Source of the DNA: Verrucomicrobiales bacterium
GTDB taxonomy: Bacteria > Verrucomicrobiota > Verrucomicrobiia > Methylacidiphilales > JAAUTS01
Reading direction: 5' to 3'
Assembly: GCA_031265105.1 (NCBI GenBank)
Contig: JAISDC010000267.1
Span: 6,448 to 70,447 of the forward strand
Length of the DNA: 64,000 nt
Shown piece after piece: positions 24,012 through 35,566 of this stretch (positions are counted from its first letter, which is position 1; each line of letters opens with the position of its first letter). A model generated the notes under the pieces. It searched no databases, was not told the DNA's origin, and saw only the letters and a list, made by a program, of their open reading frames with translations. The position numbers and the translations under genes are program-made.

Positions 24012-25856
24012 ATGCTCAGTCTCTCCAACATCAGCAAGGCCTTCGCCGGGCGCGTCCTGTTCGCGGACGTGGCGCTGCAAGTCAACCGCGGCGACCGCGT
24101 GGCGTTGGTGGGCGCGAACGGGGCGGGGAAGACGACGCTGTTCGCCATTATCCGGCGCGAGCTGGCGCCGGACACGGGCGGCGTCACGCTGGAGCGCGGG
24201 ACGACGCTGGGGTATTTGCCGCAGGAGACCGCCGCAGTCGGGGACGAGACGGTGCTCGGCCTCGCCACCGGCGGCGCGGGCGCCGATGGTGACCTGTCGC
24301 GGGCGCCGCGCGCCAAGCGCATCCTCAGCGGGCTGGCCTTCCGCGAGCGCGATTTCGACCGCCCCGCGCGCGCGATGAGCGGCGGCTGGGTGATGCGCGC
24401 GCACTTGGCGCGGCTGTTGGTGGCGGCGCCGGATTTGTTGTTGCTCGACGAGCCGACCAATCATCTCGATTTGGAGTCGCTGGTGTGGTTGCAGAATTAT
24501 TTGAAAAATTATGCCGGCGCGCTGTTGATGATTTCCCACGACCGCGCGTTTTTGAACGCATTGACCGACAGTGTGCTGGAAATCCGCCATCAGCGGCTGC
24601 AGCGTTATCGCGGCAATTACGACGACTATCTCCGGCAGCGCGCCGACCGCGAGGCGCAGCAGCGCGCCGCCTATGACAACCAGCAGCGCGAAATCGCCAC
24701 CCTGCAACGCTTCGCCGACCGCTTCCGCGCCAAGGCCAGCAAGGCCTCGCAGGCCCAGAGCAAGTTGAAGCAAATCGCGCGCCTGGAAAAAATCGCCGCG
24801 CCCGACGCCGCCGACCGGCGCATCCACATCAAGTTCCCGCAACCGCCGCGCGGCGGACAGCGCAGCGTCACCCTCAGCGGCGCGCACTTCGCCTACGGCC
24901 CGCTGACGGTGTATCGCGGCATCGACTTCGCGGCGGAGCGCGGGCAGCGCGTCGTGCTGGTCGGGCCGAACGGCGCGGGCAAATCCACGCTGCTGAAGTT
25001 GCTCGCCGGCGTGCTGGCGCCGTCGGCGGGCGAACGGTTGTTAGGGCACAACATTGTCAGCGGCTATTACGCGCAAAACCGCGTGGAGATGCTCGACGTG
25101 CGGCGCACGGTGCTGGCGGAGGCGCTGGACTTGCCAACGCCGGTGCCGGAGCAGACCGTCCGCACCGTGCTCGGCTCCTTCCTGTTCAGCGGCGACGACG
25201 TGTTCAAGCACGTCGGCATCCTCAGCGGCGGCGAGAAATCGCGGCTGGCGCTGGTCAAATTATTGCTCAATCCGCCGAACTTGCTGTTGATGGACGAGCC
25301 GACCACGCACCTCGACATGGCGAGCATCGACGCGCTGCTCGACGCGCTGGCGCAATACCAGGGCACGCTCATCTTCATCAGCCACGACGTGTATTTCATC
25401 CGCGCGCTGGCGAAGAGCGTGCTGAGAATCAGCGCCGGGCAACTCACCCCCTATGCCGGCGACTACGATTATTATTTGTCAAAAACCCAAACCGCCGACG
25501 CCCGCGCCGGCCTGGTCGCGGGTGAAAAACTGTCCGACCACCGCCCCGGGGAAGCCGCTGACGATGCGGTCAAGGCACAGCCGTCCATCTTCAAAACGCG
25601 CGAGGAAAAGAAACAAGCGGCGCAAGACCGCGAGCAGCGCGCCAAGATAAAACGCGCCGCCGCCGCAGACGTCGCGCGCCTGGAGGCGGAAATATTATCC
25701 CTGGAATCGCGGCAAAAGGAATTGTTGGCGGAATTACAAAACCCGAACACCTTCGACTACCAACGCCATCAGGAATACGAGGCGCTGACCGTGACCTTGG
25801 AAACTACCAACCAACGCTGGCACGAAGCCGTGGAAAAACTGGCGGCGCTGCAGTGA
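24012..25856 (+). CDS. ABC-F family ATPase (two ABC cassettes, no TM domain)
   Basis: 614 aa with Walker A motifs GANGAGKTT and GPNGAGKST and two LSGG signatures. It also has an inter-domain linker and a C-terminal coiled-coil tail. Confidence 0.9.
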   Translation: MLSLSNISKAFAGRVLFADVALQVNRGDRVALVGANGAGKTTLFAIIRRELAPDTGGVTLERGTTLGYLPQETAAVGDETVLGLATGGAGADGDLSRAPRAKRILSGLAFRERDFDRPARAMSGGWVMRAHLARLLVAAPDLLLLDEPTNHLDLESLVWLQNYLKNYAGALLMISHDRAFLNALTDSVLEIRHQRLQRYRGNYDDYLRQRADREAQQRAAYDNQQREIATLQRFADRFRAKASKASQAQSKLKQIARLEKIAAPDAADRRIHIKFPQPPRGGQRSVTLSGAHFAYGPLTVYRGIDFAAERGQRVVLVGPNGAGKSTLLKLLAGVLAPSAGERLLGHNIVSGYYAQNRVEMLDVRRTVLAEALDLPTPVPEQTVRTVLGSFLFSGDDVFKHVGILSGGEKSRLALVKLLLNPPNLLLMDEPTTHLDMASIDALLDALAQYQGTLIFISHDVYFIRALAKSVLRISAGQLTPYAGDYDYYLSKTQTADARAGLVAGEKLSDHRPGEAADDAVKAQPSIFKTREEKKQAAQDREQRAKIKRAAAADVARLEAEILSLESRQKELLAELQNPNTFDYQRHQEYEALTVTLETTNQRWHEAVEKLAALQ

Positions 25857-25878
25857 TGGCGCTGATGGTGTGGTGATT

Positions 25879-26577
25879 TCATTCGGGGAAATTAAAATAT
25901 TTCCGTTGAGAGATAACTTCTCCGGCAGCGTTGAATTTCACTTTAACCCACACCCTGTTGTTAGTCGTGGTAATTCCCCATGACGGCGCATGGTCGGCGG
26001 AGATGGCGGCGGAATCAAACAAATGCTCGTGACGCCTGTCAGCGTGTTCGTCGTATGCGTATATCTCCACTGTTTGCGTATGCGGGTTACGGGCTTCGCG
26101 CAACGCCCATGCCGCCACGTCCTCACGCGACTGTCCGCGAAAATCAGGGATTTTGCAATAGGTATATATTGGTTCGGCGAAGGTGTGGTATATTGCAACG
26201 CTGATGATGAGCGCGCAGACCGCGGCGAGTACCGAGGCCACCACCGTCAGCGCCGGATGCGTCAATTTGCTCGGCGCGCGACCGCGATGTTCGCGGATGG
26301 CACGGGCCAGGTAGGCCGCTGATATTGAAAAAACGAGCACCACCGGCACTTCACAAATAATCATGCTGGCCACAGCCAAATCGAATACCCATCCGACAAC
26401 CATATCGAGACCGGCCAAGCACAAAGCCAACACCACCCACAGCACCGTCAGCGCGCTGGTGATGATGAGCGGATAAAACAACAACGAACGGTATTTGAAT
26501 TTCTTACCCCACCACACCACCGCTAACGCGACCAACAAAACAAACATCACCGGCACAGAAACCAAGCAAGTAATCAT
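25879..26577 (-). CDS. Hypothetical polytopic membrane protein
   Basis: ORF 25879..26640; a start at MITCLVSVPV (26577) is preferred. About 5 TM helices are followed by a soluble tail. Confidence 0.5.
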   Translation of the reverse strand: MITCLVSVPVMFVLLVALAVVWWGKKFKYRSLLFYPLIITSALTVLWVVLALCLAGLDMVVGWVFDLAVASMIICEVPVVLVFSISAAYLARAIREHRGRAPSKLTHPALTVVASVLAAVCALIISVAIYHTFAEPIYTYCKIPDFRGQSREDVAAWALREARNPHTQTVEIYAYDEHADRRHEHLFDSAAISADHAPSWGITTTNNRVWVKVKFNAAGEVISQRKYFNFPE

Positions 26578-26651
26578 GCCCCCCAATCTCGCGCCATCCA
26601 CCCTAACCCGCAAGTGCAAAGCTGCCGCTGACGGTGACACTGGTCGCGAAG

Positions 26652-26750
26652 TTTTTTAACCACCGATGAACACGGATGCACACGGATAGTTCGCGGTACC
26701 GCGTAAATTAACATCATCCGTGTCCATCGGTGTTCATCGGTGGTTAAAAT
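26652..26750. repeat. REP-A full inverted pair
   Basis: TTTTTTAACCACCGATGAACACGGATGCACACGGAT ... CATCCGTGTCCATCGGTGTTCATCGGTGGTTAAAAT. Confidence 0.85.
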
Positions 26751-26792
26751 AAAGTTATCATAACCTTGTCAGGCTATGACACAGTGGCGGCG

Positions 26793-28472
26793 TCAACTCC
26801 GGAACAACTGGCCCATCTTCTGCCCCATCAGCCGGGCGGCCAGGTACAGCGCCGCCGCCAGCAGCAGCAGCGCCAGCACGCCGAGGGCGCAGGCGACGTT
26901 CGGGGCGGTCGGGGTGATGCGGCCCATCAGCGAGTAGATGGCTTTGGTAATCGGGTAAAAGCGGCTCTCCTGCGCCAGCATCAGGCTGTTGCTGACATCC
27001 AGCATGGCGAAGGAGAAGGTGAGGATGCTGCCGGCCACCAGGTTGGCCATGATCAGCGGCAGGCTGACGCGGCGAAAGGTCTGCCACGCGCGGGCGCCGA
27101 GGTTGGTCGAGGCTTCTTCCAGCGCGGTGGAGACTTGCTGGAAGCCGGCGTAGGCGGCGCGGACGATGTACGGCAGGCGGTGCATGGCGTAAGCAATCAC
27201 CAGCAGCGGCAGCGGGTTGCCGCGCGGGTCGAGGAACGCCAGCGGCGAGCCGGGCTTGCTGAAGGTGACGTAGTAGGCGAAGGCCAGCACCAGGCCGGGC
27301 AGCGCCAGCGGCAGCATGGCCGCGGTGTCGAGCAGCGCCTTGCCGCGGAATTTTTCCCGCGTCAGCAGCCAGGCGATGGCCAGGCCCAGCACCAGGTCCA
27401 GCGACATCGAGCAAACCGAGTACAGCAGCGAGTTTTTCACGCTCAGCGCGGTGGCGTCGAGCTGGAACACCTCGCGGTAAAACTGCCCGCTCCATTCGGT
27501 CGGCAACGCGGTCATGAACCAGCGCGCCGAGAACGATTGCAGCACCACGCCGAGGTGCGGGATGACGCTGACGGCGACCAGCCCCAGCACGCCGGCGGTG
27601 GCGAGCAGCGCGGGGAGCCGGCCCAGCCGCACGGTCAGCGCCGGCGCGCCGCCGCGCATGGCCGCGGCGTGACCGCCGCCGCCGAGCCGTTTGCCGAGCA
27701 GGAACAGCAGCGCCACCAGCAGCAGGGTCAGCGCCACCAGCGCGTAGCCCAGCGGGTTGTCAGGCTGTGTCACCAGGTTGAAAATCTGCGACGGCACGGT
27801 GGCCTGGAAACTGAACATCAGCGGCACGCCGAGGTCGGTGAACGCGGCGATGAACACGATGGTGGTGCCGGCGAAAATGCCAGGCAGCGCCAGCGGCAGC
27901 GTCACGGTGCGGAACACCCGCCAGCCGCGCGCGCCGAGATTGGCCGCGGCCTCGCGCAGCGCCGGGTCGAGGTTGGCCATCGCCGCCTGCGCGCTGAGGA
28001 ACAGAATCGGGTACAAGTGCAGCGCCTGCAACAGGATGATGCCGTAAAAGCCGCCGGACGCCAGCCAGTCGGGCGGGTCGGCCAAGTTCACCAGGCCGGT
28101 TTTTTCCAGCAACAGGTTCAGCGTGCCGTAGCGGGTGAAGAATTGCCGCAGGCCGATGGCGCCGACGAACGGCGGCAGGATCAGCGGCAGCAGCAACAGC
28201 GAGTTGAGCAGCGTCTTGGCGGGAAACTCGCAGCGGTTGAACAACCAGGCCAGCGGCAGGGCGACGGCCAGCGCGAGCAAGGTTGACCAGACGGCGATCA
28301 GCGCGCTGTTGAGGAAGCACTGGCTGTAGAACGGGTTGTCGAAAATCAACTGAAAATAGCGCAGGGAAAAACGCCCGCTGTCGGTGAACGCGCCCTTGAG
28401 CAATTCCGCGAGCGGCCACGCGAGGAACACGGCGAAGAACAGCGTCACGGTCAGCGGCAAAAGTTTTTTCAT
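26793..28472 (-). CDS. ABC transporter permease (duplicated BPD-type domain, FbpB/ThiP-like)
   Basis: 559 aa with about 12 TM segments. Last gene of the SBP-ATPase-permease operon. Confidence 0.85.
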   Translation of the reverse strand: MKKLLPLTVTLFFAVFLAWPLAELLKGAFTDSGRFSLRYFQLIFDNPFYSQCFLNSALIAVWSTLLALAVALPLAWLFNRCEFPAKTLLNSLLLLPLILPPFVGAIGLRQFFTRYGTLNLLLEKTGLVNLADPPDWLASGGFYGIILLQALHLYPILFLSAQAAMANLDPALREAAANLGARGWRVFRTVTLPLALPGIFAGTTIVFIAAFTDLGVPLMFSFQATVPSQIFNLVTQPDNPLGYALVALTLLLVALLFLLGKRLGGGGHAAAMRGGAPALTVRLGRLPALLATAGVLGLVAVSVIPHLGVVLQSFSARWFMTALPTEWSGQFYREVFQLDATALSVKNSLLYSVCSMSLDLVLGLAIAWLLTREKFRGKALLDTAAMLPLALPGLVLAFAYYVTFSKPGSPLAFLDPRGNPLPLLVIAYAMHRLPYIVRAAYAGFQQVSTALEEASTNLGARAWQTFRRVSLPLIMANLVAGSILTFSFAMLDVSNSLMLAQESRFYPITKAIYSLMGRITPTAPNVACALGVLALLLLAAALYLAARLMGQKMGQLFRS

Positions 28473-28478
28473 AACTAG

Positions 28479-28563
28479 TTTTCAACCACGGATGGACACG
28501 AATGGACACGGATGATGGACGGACGGATCAAGGGATGCTTGAAATAGCTGTATTTATCCGTGT

Positions 28564-28581
<18 letters not shown>
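28479..28581. repeat. REP-A inverted pair
   Basis: TTTTCAACCACGGATGGACACGAATGGACACGGATG ... ATCCGTGTTCATTCGTGGTTAAAAAA. The right arm supplies the last codons (..FFNHE) of the ATPase gene. Confidence 0.85.
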
Positions 28582-29550
<969 letters not shown>

Positions 29551-29554
29551 AGGA

Positions 29555-30916
29555 CTAATGGGTTCCATAGGACTTATGGTACCTATGGATTTCCTGCTCC
29601 AGGTTTTGATAACGCTGCACGGCCTGCTTCATCCAAGACTCCGCCAGGGCGCGCGCCGCGGCGGGATCTTGCCGCCAGCGGGCCGCTGACGCTGACGCCG
29701 CCGCCTCGCTGATGAACGGCGCGGTGAATTTTTCGATGAACGGCCCGCGCTCGGCGGCGGGGACGCTGAGGATGGCCTGCCAGCAGCGGCGCAGTTGCGG
29801 GTGCACGTCGATGACGGTCTGGCCGATCAGGTCGTTGACAAGGTTCCAGCGCCCGCTGCCGAGTTCCGGCCGGTACGGGATGGAATAATTTTGCGCGAAC
29901 GGGTTGAGCAGGCGCGCGCCGCCGGCACCGTCAGCGGCGTAGAGCGCCGGCAGCACGCCCATGCGGGCGATGTCGAACTTGACCGGCCCGCCGGCGGCGC
30001 CGCGCGGTCGCATCCACAGCGACTGGCCGCGCGGCGACAGCACGAAGTCCACGAACATTTCCGCCACACGCAGGTTAGGCGCGCCCTTGAGAATGGCGAT
30101 GCCGTCCGGGTTGATGACCGACAAATCGCGCGGGATGACCAGGCTGAGGTTGTCCCGGCCCAGGAAATTCCGCTGGGTCAGGCCGTAGCTGTCGATGGTC
30201 GGCGCGCAGACGGCGTTGCCCAGGGCAACCTCCTTGGCCGGGCCGCTGGCGTTGTCGAGGAAGGCGGCGACGTTGCCGCTCATGCGGTAAAGCACGCTCC
30301 AGCCGCGCTCCCAGCCGTAGGCTTGCAGGATGATTTCGTAAATCATGTGGAACGCACCGCTTTTGCGCGGGTCGGCGGAGCTGACCCAGCCGCGCAATTC
30401 CGGGCGGCACAAATCCTCCCACGTTTCGGCGCGCGGCTGCATCGTCAGCGCCAGCACGCGGTTGTTTTGCAGGATGCCGAAGGACGCCAGCGCCGCGCCG
30501 TAGAACATGTGGTCGCGGTCAATAATCGGCACCCCGCCGACATTGGCGGGCAGTTGCGACCGGAGGTCGGCGGGCAATTGGTGCGCCAGCAAATGACCGC
30601 GCGCCTTCTGGCTGAGATAGGGGTCCAGCCCGCCGCCGAACAGGATGTCCACCTGCGCCGAGTCGGGGGTGGCCGCGAAGCTGGCGTTGAGCGCTTTTTC
30701 AATCTGCGAGGTGCCGCCGAGGTCGCGCCAGCGGACGCTGACGGTGCGGCCGGTCTGGTCGTGGTAAAATTGTTCAAACGCGCGGCCGAACTCGTAGCGC
30801 ACACCCTCCCAGTGCGGGGAAACGATGATGAGTTCATCGTCAGCGGCGCGGCTCGCCATGGCCGCTGACAGTGACAGCGCGGCCAGCAGGATGACGGTCA
30901 GCGGGCGGGCGGGCAT
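29555..30916 (-). CDS. ABC transporter substrate-binding protein (Fe3+/solute-binding family)
   Basis: 453 aa with a signal peptide (MPARPLTVILLAALSLSAAMASRA). The fold pattern is that of an extracellular solute-binding protein. First gene of the operon. Confidence 0.8.
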   Translation of the reverse strand: MPARPLTVILLAALSLSAAMASRAADDELIIVSPHWEGVRYEFGRAFEQFYHDQTGRTVSVRWRDLGGTSQIEKALNASFAATPDSAQVDILFGGGLDPYLSQKARGHLLAHQLPADLRSQLPANVGGVPIIDRDHMFYGAALASFGILQNNRVLALTMQPRAETWEDLCRPELRGWVSSADPRKSGAFHMIYEIILQAYGWERGWSVLYRMSGNVAAFLDNASGPAKEVALGNAVCAPTIDSYGLTQRNFLGRDNLSLVIPRDLSVINPDGIAILKGAPNLRVAEMFVDFVLSPRGQSLWMRPRGAAGGPVKFDIARMGVLPALYAADGAGGARLLNPFAQNYSIPYRPELGSGRWNLVNDLIGQTVIDVHPQLRRCWQAILSVPAAERGPFIEKFTAPFISEAAASASAARWRQDPAAARALAESWMKQAVQRYQNLEQEIHRYHKSYGTH

Positions 30917-30930
30917 AGCTTTATAAAGGC

Positions 30931-31040
30931 ACCTTCACCGCAGAGGCGCGGAGACGCAGAGGCTTTTTTAACCCGACAGTCTGTTTATTCCATCAAAAAA
31001 CGCGCCTTGCTCCGTGTCTTCGCGTCTCTGCGGTGAAAGT
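30931..31040. repeat. REP-like hairpin (TTCACCGCAGAGGCGCGGAGACGCAGAGG ... TCTTCGCGTCTCTGCGGTGAA)
   Basis: Imperfect long inverted repeat between the ABC operon and the aminotransferase gene. Partial relatives occur near 48955 and 63300. Confidence 0.7.
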
Positions 31041-31049
31041 ATTCCGCGC

Positions 31050-32210
31050 TCAGGAATTCACAAATTTCTTGAGGCGTGCGAGGCCGGTCTCGATTTGGTC
31101 GAGACTGGCGGCGTAGGAAATGCGGACGGTCCGGTCGTCGCCGAACGCGATGCCCGGCACCACCGCCACTTTTTGCTGCTCCAGCAACTTGTCAGCGAAA
31201 CTCACCGAGTCAAGGCCGGTCGCGCTGATGTCGAGCAGCGCGTAGAACGCGCCCCGCGGCTTGACGTATTTGAGGCGGCCGATGTCGTCGAGCAACTCGA
31301 TGACGCGGAGGCGGCGCTTGGCGTACTCGACCACCATTTCGGCGACGCAATCCTGCGGACCTTTGTACGCGGCCAGCGCGCCCTTTTGCGCGAAGGAGGT
31401 GGCGTTGGAAGTGGAATGGCTTTGCAAGGAGTCGATGGCCTTGGCCACGTTCTTCGGCGCGGCGACGTAGCCGAGGCGCCAGCCGGTCATCGCGTAGGGT
31501 TTGCTGAAGCCGTTCACCGTCAGCGTGTGCTCATAGACTTCCTTGCTGAAGCTGGCGATGGAACTGTGCTTCGCCCCGTCGTAAATCAGCTTTTCGTAAA
31601 TCTCGTCGGACAGGATGTAGATGTCGTCGTCGAGGGCCACCTCGGCCAGCGCGGCGAGTTCGTTCTCGGTATAGACGCTGCCGGTGGGGTTGCCGGGGGT
31701 GTTGATGATGACCAGCTTGGTCAGCGGGCTGGTGTATTCGCGGAACAATTCCGGGGTGAGCTTGTAGCCATTGTCAGCGGTCGTGGGGACGATGACCGGC
31801 TCGCCGCCGGCCAGCTTGACCATTTCCGGGTAGCTGACCCAGTACGGGGCGGGAATCAGCACCTCGTCGCCCGGATTGAGGACGGCGAGCAGGGCGTTGA
31901 AGCAGGAATGTTTCGCGCCGCAGTTGACGATGATTTGGGACGGTTCGTAATCGAGGTCATTGTCAGCCTTGAGCTTGTCCGCAATGGCGGCGCGCAATTC
32001 CGGGATGCCGGAGGAAGGCGTGTATTTGGTGAACCCGGCTTCCAGGAATCCCATGGCGGCGGCCTTGATGTGCTCGGGGGTATCGAAGTCAGGTTCACCG
32101 GCGCCGAAGCCGATCACGTCCACTCCCTCGGCCTTCATGGCCTTGGCCTTCGCATCGACGGCGAGCGTCAGGGAAGGCGTCAACTTGCTTGCGCGTTCTG
32201 AAATATCCAT
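31050..32210 (-). CDS. Aspartate/aromatic aminotransferase (class I PLP-dependent)
   Basis: 386 aa with the PLP-lysine motif SFSKPYAMTGWRLGY. NPGNPTG and YPEM-type motifs are also present. Confidence 0.85.
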   Translation of the reverse strand: MDISERASKLTPSLTLAVDAKAKAMKAEGVDVIGFGAGEPDFDTPEHIKAAAMGFLEAGFTKYTPSSGIPELRAAIADKLKADNDLDYEPSQIIVNCGAKHSCFNALLAVLNPGDEVLIPAPYWVSYPEMVKLAGGEPVIVPTTADNGYKLTPELFREYTSPLTKLVIINTPGNPTGSVYTENELAALAEVALDDDIYILSDEIYEKLIYDGAKHSSIASFSKEVYEHTLTVNGFSKPYAMTGWRLGYVAAPKNVAKAIDSLQSHSTSNATSFAQKGALAAYKGPQDCVAEMVVEYAKRRLRVIELLDDIGRLKYVKPRGAFYALLDISATGLDSVSFADKLLEQQKVAVVPGIAFGDDRTVRISYAASLDQIETGLARLKKFVNS

Positions 32211-32423
32211 AGGGGTTGTAGGCTAGACGAGTGCGCGGCGGGACGCCAGTTTTATTTTTATCCGCCGCCGCTGCCGGTGACAGGCCGGGCGGCAGCAAGC
32301 GCCTGACGCATACCGGGCGTCGCCAGAGCAACCAGCGACAAAATCATCGCGCTGACAATGACCCGATTTTTCTGCTAACATGTTAATTAAAACCAACGCT
32401 GACGGTCACGGCCGCCACGATCG

Positions 32424-32633
32424 TCACTTCCGTTCCTTGAGGGTCAGGATATTGGAGCTTCCGTTGATGAATTTCTGCAAGGCATAATTCAGGCTGCGGC
32501 GGATGATATACGTCTTGGGCAAACCGGTCTCGGCGTGGTACTGCTCCAACAGTTCCAACTCTTGGCCAAACAATCGCAAAGGCAGAATAATCGTCTTCTT
32601 TTTCGGCGTGACAGCGGTTTTCATATAACGCAT
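32424..32633 (-). CDS. Small ribbon-helix-helix-like protein
   Basis: 69 aa. A beta-strand plus two helices pattern (KKTIILPLRLFGQELELLEQYHAETGLPKTYIIRRSLNYAL) sits directly downstream of the FecR-like gene. Confidence 0.4.
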   Translation of the reverse strand: MRYMKTAVTPKKKTIILPLRLFGQELELLEQYHAETGLPKTYIIRRSLNYALQKFINGSSNILTLKERK

Positions 32634-32640
32634 TCGAGAT

Positions 32641-33936
32641 TCAAGGCTGGCTCGATGGCCCGGTCGGGGTAATCGGATCCTGCGTCAAGCGCGGTTTAAA
32701 AACTCCCTGCGTCTGATTCAGCAAACTGTCCAAACCTTGTTGCGGTTGGGAACGGGTTGGCCGGCGAATGATTTCCGCCAGCTCCCGGCCCACGGGGGTT
32801 TGGGCATAGGATTGGCTCGGCAGCGCACCGTCAGCGATTTCGCCAGCGGCAGCATCGCGCCCGCGTCGGCGTTCCTCCGCGACGCGAAGCTCCTGACTGG
32901 ACATGGGCGTAAATTCCGGCGGCTGGCCGGTGCTGGCGTACAAACCCTGAACCATGGCATGAATCTTGGTGCCGTCACTGGCTCCGACCACGCCTTCGTA
33001 CACCTGGACAAAGGCGGTGTTCTCCTCCTCGCTGATCGTGACCAGAAAATCGGTGCCAATGGCGGAAAAGATCTGATGCGGGGTTTCGATCTTGTAGTCG
33101 GTCTGGCCGCGGCCCTTGACGTTAAGACTGTTATGCAACTTGCCTTTGGTCAACACACCGGTGAACTTGCGGTCCGGCGCGTCGCCGGGGGTATAGACAT
33201 ACTCGCGAATGAGCAGCACGCTATCCTGATACAGGGTGGCGGTGACATCCGGAAATAATTCCAGCACCGCGGCGCTGTTTTTCTCGGTGCGAATCACCGA
33301 GCCAATCTTGACCACCGAATCGCCGGTCAGCGGTTGCTCACCCTTGCCGTCCGTGTCGATGAACACCCGGCCGGTGACCGGCCCGACCTCAATCGGACCG
33401 CGCGGCACGACCGGCTTGGCGACCACGGCAGGCACGGCAAGTTTGTCAGCGGACGGTTTGGCGGGGGCGGGCGTGTCGGCAACAATCGTGCCGCTGTTGC
33501 TGATGCGCAAAGTCTCCTGCGGCGCCAACTGCTGGCCGCCGACCGTGACCTGACCGAGAATGCCGGATTGCACCAGCGCGCCATTGCCGTCCAGCACGAT
33601 GGTCAGCACGGCTTCCTTGGAAACCGTGAGTTCCTGACTCTGGCAACTGACGGCGAACGGCTGGGGATTCTCCGGATTGGCGTAGAGGATGGCGGTGGCG
33701 CGACCCTGCAAGTCCTTGCCGTAGGAAATCTTGAAGGAGTCCGCGCCGATGCGCACCACTTCGCCGACGCTGCCCATGACCAGGGTCTTGACCGTCTGGC
33801 CGGAAGCATCGGCAACCACCATTTCACCGAGCGGGTTAAGACTGAGCGTGGTGGCGGCAAAGACTTGCCAGCCGGACGCCAGGCCGAGGATGACGCAGCC
33901 CGCGAGCCGGACTGCAATTAGACGCGTTATTTTCAT
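32641..33936 (-). CDS. Secreted FecR-domain protein
   Basis: ORF 32641..33960. A start at MKITRLIAV (33936) gives a clean signal peptide. The central region (GSVIRTEKNSAAVLELFPDVTATLYQDSVLLI) is FecR-like. Confidence 0.55.
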   Translation of the reverse strand: MKITRLIAVRLAGCVILGLASGWQVFAATTLSLNPLGEMVVADASGQTVKTLVMGSVGEVVRIGADSFKISYGKDLQGRATAILYANPENPQPFAVSCQSQELTVSKEAVLTIVLDGNGALVQSGILGQVTVGGQQLAPQETLRISNSGTIVADTPAPAKPSADKLAVPAVVAKPVVPRGPIEVGPVTGRVFIDTDGKGEQPLTGDSVVKIGSVIRTEKNSAAVLELFPDVTATLYQDSVLLIREYVYTPGDAPDRKFTGVLTKGKLHNSLNVKGRGQTDYKIETPHQIFSAIGTDFLVTISEEENTAFVQVYEGVVGASDGTKIHAMVQGLYASTGQPPEFTPMSSQELRVAEERRRGRDAAAGEIADGALPSQSYAQTPVGRELAEIIRRPTRSQPQQGLDSLLNQTQGVFKPRLTQDPITPTGPSSQP

Positions 33937-34171
33937 GTTGTTTCCAATGTTTGGTTTCATTCAAGTTAATATAAAGATAATTGCATTTCAATATTTTTTT
34001 ACATTTTTATGAACCTTATTTTACCCAGCGCATTAGAGTCGCTGGATCAGGTTGCCCAATCGAACGCTGATAATGGGGGTAAGGGCCGCGATAAATTCCC
34101 GCCGCGGCGGGAGTCATTGGCAGCGGCGGATAAGCCGGGCCACACGAGTCTTCGCCTTCGCGCAGGATGAC

Positions 34172-34204
34172 AAAAAACCCCGGAGATTGCTCTCCGGGGT
34201 TTTT
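34172..34204 (-). terminator. Rho-independent terminator after the porin gene
   Basis: AAAAAA-CCCCGGAGA-TTGC-TCTCCGGGG-TTTTT: a 9-bp stem with T-runs on both strands, 22 nt past the porin stop. Confidence 0.7.
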
Positions 34205-34225
34205 GAACCTGTCTTCCAACAGATG

Positions 34226-35428
34226 TTAGAAGGTGTACACGGCCTGCACCGCGGCGGTGTGGGCGATGTCGCCCTCAGTGCTCGTGGTATTGTTGCCAAT
34301 ATCAACACGATATTCCGCGCGAATCACGAGGTTTTCCACCACGTTGAAGCCAGCGGTCAGCGTAAAGCTGGTGTTGTCCTGGGCTAAGAAGTGGCCAGCC
34401 AAAGTGTCCGTGTAGAACACATCCGGGTTGCCAACATGCACATAAGCCACGCGGCCAGCCAAGCTGAACAAATCAGTGAACTGATATTTGGCATAACCAG
34501 CAGCGCTCCACAGTGTTGAAGAAGAGGAACTATCGTTCAGAGTGGTGCCTTCGGCATAACCCAAATCGGCATTAACACCGAGCAAGAGCTTGCCATTGGC
34601 GAACTTAGGCGCCCAATTGAACACCGTGTCATAAATGACCACATTCTCGCTTCCATTGTTAGGGACGCTAGCAATCTCATAAGCCGAGTCCCAGCTATAG
34701 TAAACGCTGTTTTGCCAGTTGGCGTTACCGCCACCGACTTTGTAGTTCACTTTAGCCATAATGCCATAACCATCCCTGTTATCGTCCCAACCGAAGTTAG
34801 TGTCCCTGGCACCATTGCCAATCGCCACACCGACTTCGAGGTTGTTGTTGATCGGATACTCCAGCGAGACACCAGTCATGGTGGCAGGCAGTACCGCGTA
34901 CATCTGGCTGTAGGTAATGTTCAAGTTGGCCGGACGTTCAGTGACTTCATAACCCAGCCAACTGGCGAATTTACCGGCCTTGACGTCAATGCCATTGCCA
35001 TAGGGTGCACGGAAGACCACATAACCTTGTTCCAAGAAAAACTCGGAAGTGGAAGCATGGCCGTTACCGGTGAAGGTCCCGGCATCCTTGCCAAACATAA
35101 GGTCGGTACGGAATCCGGCTTGCCATTCATTTTTATCGGTCAGTGCCTTTTCAATGGTCAATTTAACCATGTTGACGCTGAAGTCACCGGCATTGATGCT
35201 GTCGCTGCCCACACGATTATTTACTTTTGCGTGACCAGTGAAGTTATAGATATAACCCACATCCACATACCCGTTCAGACGAACGCCAGCGACGTCGGTT
35301 TCGACGTAATTGACTTTCTCAACGGCCTTCGACAGGTCTTTCGCGCACGGAGCGGGAGCACCGGCATCGGCAAACGCCGCACCGGACATCAACGCCATGC
35401 CGAACAGACCGGCAATCATTTTTTTCAT
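34226..35428 (-). CDS. Outer-membrane porin / beta-barrel protein
   Basis: The start was moved to MKKMIAGLFGMALMSGAAFA (35428), which is preceded by AAGGAAG. The body has alternating beta-strand character and the protein ends AVQAVYTF. Confidence 0.75.
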   Translation of the reverse strand: MKKMIAGLFGMALMSGAAFADAGAPAPCAKDLSKAVEKVNYVETDVAGVRLNGYVDVGYIYNFTGHAKVNNRVGSDSINAGDFSVNMVKLTIEKALTDKNEWQAGFRTDLMFGKDAGTFTGNGHASTSEFFLEQGYVVFRAPYGNGIDVKAGKFASWLGYEVTERPANLNITYSQMYAVLPATMTGVSLEYPINNNLEVGVAIGNGARDTNFGWDDNRDGYGIMAKVNYKVGGGNANWQNSVYYSWDSAYEIASVPNNGSENVVIYDTVFNWAPKFANGKLLLGVNADLGYAEGTTLNDSSSSSTLWSAAGYAKYQFTDLFSLAGRVAYVHVGNPDVFYTDTLAGHFLAQDNTSFTLTAGFNVVENLVIRAEYRVDIGNNTTSTEGDIAHTAAVQAVYTF

Positions 35429-35566
35429 TTTTATTTCTTCCTTGTATTTTGTTGTTACTGAAGCCGCGGTGTGATCACCGTTAACTTCATTGGGAGCGAA
35501 ATTAGGGAAGATTTGCGCTATTGGCAACATAATTTTTTATCTGTCGCACAAATTTGCGTTTTTTTA

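Noticed and set aside
22734-24887. 338-aa ORF (22734..23750, +) and 350-aa ORF (23835..24887, -)
   Set aside because: They are antisense to the TetR and ABC-F genes respectively. They also run through REP-B/REP-A repeats, which are not coding.
32211-32423. Possible 29-aa secreted peptide (MILSLVALATPGMRQALAAARPVTGSGGG) on the minus strand
   Set aside because: It is too short and has no RBS or conservation evidence available from sequence alone.
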